Positions 37,708 through 44,637 of a DNA stretch of 64,000 nt are shown in pieces. The stretch spans positions 3,135,748 through 3,199,747 of the forward strand of contig OZ240229.1 of NCBI GenBank assembly GCA_965197805.1. The letters run 5' to 3'. The stretch is from Dehalococcoidia bacterium (GTDB taxonomy: Bacteria > Chloroflexota > Dehalococcoidia > Lucifugimonadales > JAAXIE01). Below the pieces are notes generated by a model. It was not told the origin of the DNA. It did not search any database and worked only from the letters and a program-made list of their open reading frames with translations. How positions within the stretch are numbered: position 1 is the stretch's first letter; each line of letters opens with the position of its first letter. Position numbers and translations under genes: made by a program.

Positions 37708-40047
37708 CTAGCCTTCGGTGGTGACCCCCACGATACGGTGGTAGGCGCTTTGATAAGTACCGTCATTGCCCTCGAATTTGGTGATACGCATCCGCTCGCC
37801 CTGCTTCCTGATGCGCACCCGGTTGGACGCCCATGCTAGGGCTTGGGTCTCTCCCTCGTGGACAAGGGGCAACACCGATAGCAGGTTTGCCCCCTTGTGT
37901 TGGGAGTATTGCAATGGCGAGGTATGGCCCTGACCCAATGGGATTGCAACTGTGCCGGGCGGTATGGCCGGATGCGGGTACGCCAATGCTTCCATTGTGC
38001 CGCTCTCGGCCCCCACCACGCTCACTTCCACCACATCTCCCAGCCGCAGGTCCTCCCGCTGCGCATCACTTAGGTTAATCTCAATCCAGGTCTGCCAAGT
38101 AACGGTAGTCAGAGGATCGGGCAGTGCCTGCAGCCAAGGAAGGTGGGCATCGCGGCCTTCCAACAGGGCGTTTGAGGAAAAGGGCACCAAGTTGTACACA
38201 TGGTCGTGCCCAACGACGCCCATAGCCCCAGGGGCTAGGGCAGCGCCTTGGTCACGCACCAACGCGGCCAGATTGGGCGGTTGAGGCGCCGACGCCCTAG
38301 ACGTCGCTCGCGTGTCCCACCAGCCACCTTGGCGCAACAAAGCCCGCCAGAACTCGTCAGGAGTCGCGGCATCGGCTTGTGTGATGGAGCCCCGGTTCAT
38401 CTCGAACAGCCTGTCGGAGCTTGCCCGCAACATGGATTGGAAATTGTGATGAGGCAGGTTGCGGTCCACCCCCACCTCTTGGGCTAGTGTCAGCATCAGA
38501 TCGCCGAACCCGCGCGGGTCCACCCCAGGCAGCGGATTTACCACCGGTTGGCGCATGCCAATCACTTGGTAGCCGGTCCCAGGCTCAGGGATGTCGTCGC
38601 CCCAGTCCTCCATGGAGGAACGGTCAGGCAGGACGATGTCTGCCATCTCCGTAGTCTCGTCCATGAAGCTGGAGAAGCTCACGATGAACAGGTCGTCGCG
38701 ATTGATGGCATCACGGAACCCCAGTTGGGCTGGCAGGCCGTGCACCGGGTTAGCTCCGCGCAGCATGAGCAGCTTGGTGCTTCCGTTCCGAAGACTGGCG
38801 GTGGCACTTTGCCATTCGACGATGGTCGCAGGAGCCGGGGCCTCCATGTACCCTTCAAGAGGGGGAGCCGGATTGAAGCTGACGCCGCCCTCCGGGCGAT
38901 TCACCGCCCCAACCAGGTGGTTCAGGGCCAGTATGGCCCTGAGGTTAAAAGCACCGTTGGTGTGTGCCCCGGCAGTTCCACCGCCGATGGCCAAGCTGGC
39001 CTCGGAGGTCGCGAACTCGTGGGCGATACGCCTTATGGCATCGGGCGCCGGCTCTCCGCGCAGGGGATTGGGCAAGCCTTCCGACAGTGCCCCTCCCGGC
39101 CCGGCCACTACGTCCGGGGCAAAATTGGCCAAAGCCTCGTACCCAGCCCCACCGGTCATCTGTTGCACGGTGCCAGCATCCACGCCCCAAGTCTCGGCAT
39201 TACGCATGATCTCGTAAGCGATACTGAGGGCTAGGATACCCTCGGTGCCGGGGCTCACCGGAAGCCATTCATCGGAGTTGGCGGCTGTCATGGAGTAGCG
39301 CGAGTCGGCGTGCACGAAGTAGCCGCGGTCATGCCCGGACCCACTGCGGAAGTGGCCATACGCCCGCCCGAAGTGGGTGGGGGATAGCCAGGTGGAAAGG
39401 AAATCAGCGCCAAACGACAGGAGGTAGCGGGCGTTGGCAATGTCGAAGGCTGGCAGCATGTCCTGTCCGAAGAGATCCTTCACTGCAAGACGCAGCGCAG
39501 CGTTGTCCATGGCCTCGAAGGTCAGATGACGCCCACCGTATTCTCTGGTGAAGCGGGAGGCAATGGTCCCCAATTGCCCTCTGAGGGGCTCGGTGACCAT
39601 CAGCATGTTGTCTTCGTCATTGGCTGCTCGTCGGACTAGGAGGTGGTCCTTCACTCTGTTGAGGGCGTCAGCCCAACTGATGGTGCCCCACATCCCGTCG
39701 CCACGCGAACCTATGCGCACCAAGGGGGCGCGTATGCGATCCGGGTGGTACAGGCGTTGCAGTCCAGCCTCGCACCGTGGGCCCTGTTTACCTGTGTTGC
39801 TGGGGTAAACGGGGTTGCCTTGGACTTTCTTGGCACGGCCTTGGAACACCCTTACCAGTATCCCTTCCTGTTCGGGGCACTGGCCACACAGGGTGGCATA
39901 CCAATTGTCATCGCCGCTGACCAAGTCTTCAGGCAGGCGCGCAGGGCTCTGGATGTCGAACTCCCGCTCGGGGAAGACACCGCAGGCCACCGCCCCTACT
40001 GCCGAGAGGCTGGCCCAACGCAGGAAGTCTCGCCGTGTCAGGTTCAT
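37708..40047 (-). CDS. actB: Alternative complex III ActB1 (molybdopterin-oxidoreductase-like, Tat-exported)
   Basis: TRRDFL Tat signal, LYHPDRI, SFGADFLSTW, LPDPLTTVTW. Confidence 0.88.
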   Translation of the reverse strand: MNLTRRDFLRWASLSAVGAVACGVFPEREFDIQSPARLPEDLVSGDDNWYATLCGQCPEQEGILVRVFQGRAKKVQGNPVYPSNTGKQGPRCEAGLQRLYHPDRIRAPLVRIGSRGDGMWGTISWADALNRVKDHLLVRRAANDEDNMLMVTEPLRGQLGTIASRFTREYGGRHLTFEAMDNAALRLAVKDLFGQDMLPAFDIANARYLLSFGADFLSTWLSPTHFGRAYGHFRSGSGHDRGYFVHADSRYSMTAANSDEWLPVSPGTEGILALSIAYEIMRNAETWGVDAGTVQQMTGGAGYEALANFAPDVVAGPGGALSEGLPNPLRGEPAPDAIRRIAHEFATSEASLAIGGGTAGAHTNGAFNLRAILALNHLVGAVNRPEGGVSFNPAPPLEGYMEAPAPATIVEWQSATASLRNGSTKLLMLRGANPVHGLPAQLGFRDAINRDDLFIVSFSSFMDETTEMADIVLPDRSSMEDWGDDIPEPGTGYQVIGMRQPVVNPLPGVDPRGFGDLMLTLAQEVGVDRNLPHHNFQSMLRASSDRLFEMNRGSITQADAATPDEFWRALLRQGGWWDTRATSRASAPQPPNLAALVRDQGAALAPGAMGVVGHDHVYNLVPFSSNALLEGRDAHLPWLQALPDPLTTVTWQTWIEINLSDAQREDLRLGDVVEVSVVGAESGTMEALAYPHPAIPPGTVAIPLGQGHTSPLQYSQHKGANLLSVLPLVHEGETQALAWASNRVRIRKQGERMRITKFEGNDGTYQSAYHRIVGVTTEG

Positions 40048-40143
40048 CTAATTACGCCCTTGTCCGTTGCCCATGCTCTTAGAGATGACACTTTCCCAAG
40101 CTGACACGTTATTGCTGATGCAGTTCCTAGTCTGAGGCAATTC

Positions 40144-40725
40144 TTAGTAATGACAGGCCACGCAGTCCGTGGGCGCATCGTTCTGCTTGTGGCAGTCCAC
40201 GCAGTCGCCCATCTTGAGACCTCTGACCTGCCTCACCTGTTCCATGCCGCCCACATCGCCGTGGCACGTGGCGCACACCTGCCCCACCGGGATGCCCTCG
40301 GCTTGGGTGAAGTGGCGGATGTGGGGCTCGTGGGCGAACTGGACGTGATCAGGCATCCGGTGCACCCTGTTCCAGTCTACCGGCTGTCCGGCGTTGGCAT
40401 AGGCCAGCAGCACACTGATCTCCGGCTTCTGCGAATCGTCGATTACATCGTGGCAGATGAGGCACTGCTCCACCGCAGGCACCGTGGCCGCCTCGCCCTT
40501 GGCCACGTTGCGATGACAGAACTCGCACTCTATCCCTGCCTCCTGCGCATGCACTGTGTGGGGGAAATTGATGGGCTGGGTCGGGTTGTTCTCCATGCTG
40601 AGGACCGGAAAGGGGTCGGTGAACCATGCCCGGATGAGGAAGACCAACACCAACACCAGAAGAGCCGTTAGGCACAAGCCTACCATAGCCCAAGGCAGCA
40701 TTTTCATGCTGGGTCTTATTGGCAT
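40144..40725 (-). CDS. actA: Alternative complex III ActA pentaheme cytochrome c
   Basis: TM anchor, QPINFPH..HA, five CxxCH motifs, ends CVACHY. Confidence 0.93.
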   Translation of the reverse strand: MPIRPSMKMLPWAMVGLCLTALLVLVLVFLIRAWFTDPFPVLSMENNPTQPINFPHTVHAQEAGIECEFCHRNVAKGEAATVPAVEQCLICHDVIDDSQKPEISVLLAYANAGQPVDWNRVHRMPDHVQFAHEPHIRHFTQAEGIPVGQVCATCHGDVGGMEQVRQVRGLKMGDCVDCHKQNDAPTDCVACHY

Positions 40726-40768
40726 CCAGCCTCACCCAACTGGCCACCACAAGTTAGCGTCGTCAAGG

Positions 40769-41062
40769 CTAGAAAAACCACCGGGGAAAGAAATCGTCCA
40801 CTCTCTGATAACCTACCACCACGAGTGCCATGAAGACGCCTGCGCCAATCAAGGCAATCACACCGAATGCCACTGCCACCGGAAGGAGCTTCATCGCTGA
40901 TCGTGGCAGGTGGCCTGTCGATACCAGTGAAGGTATAAAGGCCACGCCCACCAAGATGCTAGCGGCGAAGGTGGCTATGAGGACTATGTAGATGCCTAGG
41001 AAGAGCAGAACGCTGTTAATGTCCGCCCAGACCGACATGCTAATTGGGTCAGGGTCGAGCAT
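40769..41062 (-). CDS. Small 2-TM membrane protein heading the ACIII operon
   Basis: GGAG RBS, two hydrophobic helices, first gene after promoter. Confidence 0.7.
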   Translation of the reverse strand: MLDPDPISMSVWADINSVLLFLGIYIVLIATFAASILVGVAFIPSLVSTGHLPRSAMKLLPVAVAFGVIALIGAGVFMALVVVGYQRVDDFFPRWFF

Positions 41063-41116
41063 GTTCGGAACAACTCCGCTGTTCGGAATAGCTAGGGAAG
41101 GTACCAGTGCTAAGGT

Positions 41117-41152
41117 TAGTGAAAACTATCACAGCCGTTTCTAGGGTGTCAA
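41117..41152 (-). promoter_or_regulatory. Sigma70-type promoter of ACIII operon with overlapping Rex/CRP-like box
   Basis: Minus strand TTGACA(41152-41147)-N18-TAGTTT with extended TG; TAGTGAAAACTATCACAG at 41117-41134. Confidence 0.6.
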
Positions 41153-41334
41153 GGGGAGTCCATAGCCGCTTGGATACGTCCGGGCGGTGGCGAAGGGGTC
41201 GTTCAGGGACATCCCGCCGGTTTGCAGAAAAGCCGCCAGACGTCGTATAGTGGCAGGCAATATGAGCCCGTAGTGGGTAGACAGTGCTCGTCCCCGAGCA
41301 GCTATGGAGACGGAGCGCATGTTGAGGAGACAGG

Positions 41335-41571
41335 ATGGCCGACCAGGTATCGCAGACAGGTTCCAAGGTTAGCCGGAGGCGCTTTCTGGTGGTGGCCTCT
41401 CTAGGACTGGGAGCCGCTGCTGCTTTGTTCGGTCCGCTGAGAGGGTTGTTCGGGGGCGGGAACGGGCCCGTCCCTATGGCCTCAAGCGACCTCCCGGGTG
41501 AAGACTCCATCTTCCACCCACGGCGCGATGCCCGCCTCGAAGACTACGAGCGCCGCTCCCGCGGCGTCTAG
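41335..41571 (+). CDS. Small protein with twin-arginine signal-like N-terminus
   Basis: GAGGAG RBS; SRRRFLVVASLGLGAAAALFG. Confidence 0.7.
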   Translation: MADQVSQTGSKVSRRRFLVVASLGLGAAAALFGPLRGLFGGGNGPVPMASSDLPGEDSIFHPRRDARLEDYERRSRGV

Positions 41572-43313
41572 CGTCTGCCGAACTCCCGCTCCAGATTGTG
41601 CGCGCTCAGGTGCACCATTGTCGGTCTCCCGTGCGGGCAGGTGTGAGGGTTGTCGGCTTCCTCCAGCTGATTCACCAACTCTTCCATCTCGCGCTGGGTG
41701 AGGCTCTGGCCAGCCCTTACGGCGCTATGGCAAGCGATGGACGCGGTCAGCGCGTCCTCTCTCTCCGTCACCCCTCCCTGATAGGCCACCAGATCCAGGA
41801 CCTCCACCAACGCCTTCCCTGCATCAGCCCCAGCGGCGACTTCCGGCACTGCTCGCACCAAGTAGCTTCGATCACCGAAGGGTTCGACGATAAACCCGTA
41901 TTGTGTCAGCAGGTCGCCGTTGGCGCGCACCATCTCCTCCTGCGAGGCTGTCAGCTCCGCGGGTTGCGGTTGGAGGAGTGGGCGTGGCTGGCGGCCAGCG
42001 CCTGAGCGGGCCATCAGCCGGTCATACACCACCCGCTCGTGGGCAGCATGCTGGTCCAGCAGGTAGAGGCCGTCGGGACCCTCGGCCACTACGTAGGTGT
42101 CCTGAATCTGACCAACAACCCTTAACAGCGGCAGACGTGCCCGCATATCCCGCGACTTAGGTCCGCCCGGTTCAGTTTCACCTCGGGACTCGCCCGTACC
42201 TGCTCCCGTGACACCGAATCCTGTAGGACCCAAGCCAGCCGTGGGGAAAAAGGCCATGGCCCGTGCAGCATCGGCGGAGGAGGGTGTCAGAAGGTTTTCG
42301 AACCGCACCTCGGGTATAGGAGACGAGCCTACCAGCGCCTCGCGCACGGCCCTTTGCACCAAGGTGAACGCGCGACCCTCATGTGTGAACCGCACCTCCC
42401 GCTTGGCCGGATGCACGTTTACATCGACCTGAGAGGGAGGAACCTGTAGGGACAGAACTGCCAAGGGGTATCGACGCTGGGGCAGGAAGCCTTGGTAAGC
42501 CTCCTCCAAAGCAAAGGAGAGGGTGCGGCTCTGCACCAACCGCCGATTGACAAGGAAGGTCATGTAGGTGCGGTTGGCCCGGTGGAGCGACGGGGCGGAT
42601 ATGTAGCCGCTGATGGCGTATCCCTCGCTGTCAAGTTGCCAAGAGGCAGGCAGCATTCTTTCAGCCACTTGGGCCCCATACACCGCGAGCAAGGCATCGC
42701 TACCGTTGCCACTGCCGGGTGACACCAGCGTTTCTCGCCCATCCTGGCGGAGGCGGAATTGGACTTCCGGAAAAGCCAGCGCCATGCGAGAGACCAAGTC
42801 GCCGATGCGGGACGCCTCGGCTCCGACGCTTCTCAGATACTTGCGTCGCGCCGGAACGTTGTCGAACAGGTCGCGCACCGTGATGGTGGTGCCCACCGGG
42901 CCGCCTGCGGGCGTCAGAGGGCTTGTCTCGCCCCATCGGGCCTGAAGTTCGTACCCCGTGTCGGTGTCCCCGGTGTGACTGTAGAGGCTGACGCGGGATA
43001 CCGAGGCGATGCTTGGCAGGGCCTCTCCACGGAAGCCCAAGCTGGTCACCGACTCCAAGTCGTCGAAATCGCTGATCTTGCTGGTGGCATGACGCTGGAA
43101 GGCCAAGGCCATCTCGCCAGCGGCGATGCCGTGGCCGTCGTCGCTGACTCGCACCATGCCCACGCCGCCTGCCTCAACTTCTATGGTGATGTGAGAGGCA
43201 TGGGCATCGATGGCGTTTTCAACAAGTTCCTTCACCACCGACGCAGGTCTTTCCACAACCTCGCCTGCGGCGATCTTGGCTACTACATGGGGTTCCAGCA
43301 CCCTGATGGGCAT
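41568..43313 (-). CDS. mutL: DNA mismatch repair endonuclease MutL
   Basis: IAAGEVVERPASVVKELVEN, GFRGEAL, DQHAAHER, CPHGRP. Confidence 0.97.
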   Translation of the reverse strand: MPIRVLEPHVVAKIAAGEVVERPASVVKELVENAIDAHASHITIEVEAGGVGMVRVSDDGHGIAAGEMALAFQRHATSKISDFDDLESVTSLGFRGEALPSIASVSRVSLYSHTGDTDTGYELQARWGETSPLTPAGGPVGTTITVRDLFDNVPARRKYLRSVGAEASRIGDLVSRMALAFPEVQFRLRQDGRETLVSPGSGNGSDALLAVYGAQVAERMLPASWQLDSEGYAISGYISAPSLHRANRTYMTFLVNRRLVQSRTLSFALEEAYQGFLPQRRYPLAVLSLQVPPSQVDVNVHPAKREVRFTHEGRAFTLVQRAVREALVGSSPIPEVRFENLLTPSSADAARAMAFFPTAGLGPTGFGVTGAGTGESRGETEPGGPKSRDMRARLPLLRVVGQIQDTYVVAEGPDGLYLLDQHAAHERVVYDRLMARSGAGRQPRPLLQPQPAELTASQEEMVRANGDLLTQYGFIVEPFGDRSYLVRAVPEVAAGADAGKALVEVLDLVAYQGGVTEREDALTASIACHSAVRAGQSLTQREMEELVNQLEEADNPHTCPHGRPTMVHLSAHNLEREFGRR

Positions 43314-43322
43314 GGCTCCTCG

Positions 43323-43760
43323 TTAGAAGAGAGGGACTTTGGTGCCCTTGGCACGGAACTGACGGTCCTCGGACGTGCCGGTGCGGGCGAATTCGTTGAT
43401 GATTTGGTGGGCGTGCTGGATTTGCTGATCGTGGTCGTCCTTGAAGAAATAGGGACGTATCCACATTCCGCCAAAGGCGGCTGTGATCTCCGGGTAGTCG
43501 TCGATAATGAAGTCGGGCACCACGGGCACACCCAAGCCTTCCAGCCTGTTGTGGAAGTCGGACAAGGGCTTTTCGTAGACGCCGCTTATGAGGGGTTCCA
43601 GATCGAACTTACGGACAACCTCCCAGCGTTCACCCTGTCCCGACCAGATGTATACCAAGTGGCCTTCATCCACCAGCATCTGGAACACTTCCTTGGTATC
43701 CGGGCGTAAGGAATTGTCCAGCCCGAGGATGGTGTAGTCCACGTCGAAAAAGATATTCAT
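43323..43760 (-). CDS. HAD-superfamily hydrolase (cap-less type)
   Basis: IFFDVDYT, YIWS, KP, IIDD; AAGGAG RBS before ATG 43760. Confidence 0.8.
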   Translation of the reverse strand: MNIFFDVDYTILGLDNSLRPDTKEVFQMLVDEGHLVYIWSGQGERWEVVRKFDLEPLISGVYEKPLSDFHNRLEGLGVPVVPDFIIDDYPEITAAFGGMWIRPYFFKDDHDQQIQHAHQIINEFARTGTSEDRQFRAKGTKVPLF

Positions 43761-43857
43761 ACAGCCAGTGCGCTCCTTGTACCAAGTCGTGCCAGCAGGC
43801 AAGACGGCCCTTGGCAGAACGGGATTTAGCGGGACGGATTAAACTGGGCCTCATTTT

Positions 43858-44178
43858 CTAGTGGGCATGGTCGGCAGACAGAGCAGCTTGAGCAGCCATA
43901 CTGAAGGGGCCAGCGCCCAGCACCTGGTGCGCTTCCCAATCCAGCATCTCGTACTTGCGTACGCCCTCAGCGTGGAAGGGGTCCTCATCGGCGATCGCCA
44001 TCGCTTTCTGTCGCGAGCCAGCCTTGATTACGATGATGCCCACGCTGCGGTCCGGCGTGGGGCCGGAAAAGAGGATATTCCCCGCGGTGTGCTGCTTGTT
44101 CTGATAGGCCAGATGAGCGTCCAAGTAGGGCATGCCGTCCTTTTCGCCGGTGGGCCTACTCAACACCAGATACCACAT
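43858..44178 (-). CDS. YciI family protein
   Basis: HLAY, FSGP, EDPF motifs; AAGGAG RBS. Confidence 0.88.
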   Translation of the reverse strand: MWYLVLSRPTGEKDGMPYLDAHLAYQNKQHTAGNILFSGPTPDRSVGIIVIKAGSRQKAMAIADEDPFHAEGVRKYEMLDWEAHQVLGAGPFSMAAQAALSADHAH

Positions 44179-44235
44179 ATGCTTGCTCCTTCGTTACGTC
44201 CGCAGATGACGGGAATAGCCTACGCCCTGACTGGA

Positions 44236-44586
44236 CTAGCCCAAGGCTTGCTGCAAGTCGGCCTCGCGGGAACCCACCACCAGCTTGTCGCCCACCTTGG
44301 TAAGAGGGCGGCGGATGAGGCGGGGCTCCTCCAGCATGAGGCGCACCATCTCGTCCTCCGGGAGGTCGGCGGGACTAACACCCAGCTTCTTGGCACTCGG
44401 GCTACGTGAGGCGAAGATATCGACGATAGGCCGGTCACCCACCAACTCTCGCAGCTCAGCCTCGGTGAAGCGGTCTTTGAAGAAGTCTCTGTCCTGGATT
44501 TCAGCGCCCCCCTGCGAGAGAAACTCTCTCGCCTTGCGGCAGCTGGTTCAACGGGGCCAAGTATAGTAAGTCACTTGCAGGGCCAT
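44236..44586 (-). CDS. ArsC/Spx/YffB-family thioredoxin-fold protein, predicted selenoprotein (UxxC)
   Basis: AAGGAGG RBS, ATG 44586: MALQVTYYTWPR-TGA(44550-44548)-TSCRKAREFL...RDFFKD...PRLIRRPL...VVG; SECIS-like hairpin just downstream of the UGA. Confidence 0.85.
44502..44545 (-). promoter_or_regulatory. Putative bacterial SECIS element
   Basis: GCGAGAGA-GUU-UCUCUCGC 8-bp stem, loop G 23 nt after UGA; lower stem CAGC(U)GCC/GGCGCUG. Confidence 0.7.
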
Positions 44587-44637
44587 GGAATACCCTCCTT
44601 GCACGACATGGGGAGAGAGGTTCGAGGTCGTCGCCTA

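Noticed and set aside
44548-44550. ArsC-like gene as a nonsense pseudogene
   Set aside because: The stop is UGA at the redox Cys position with a SECIS-like hairpin, and the RBS and frame are intact; Sec is the better explanation.
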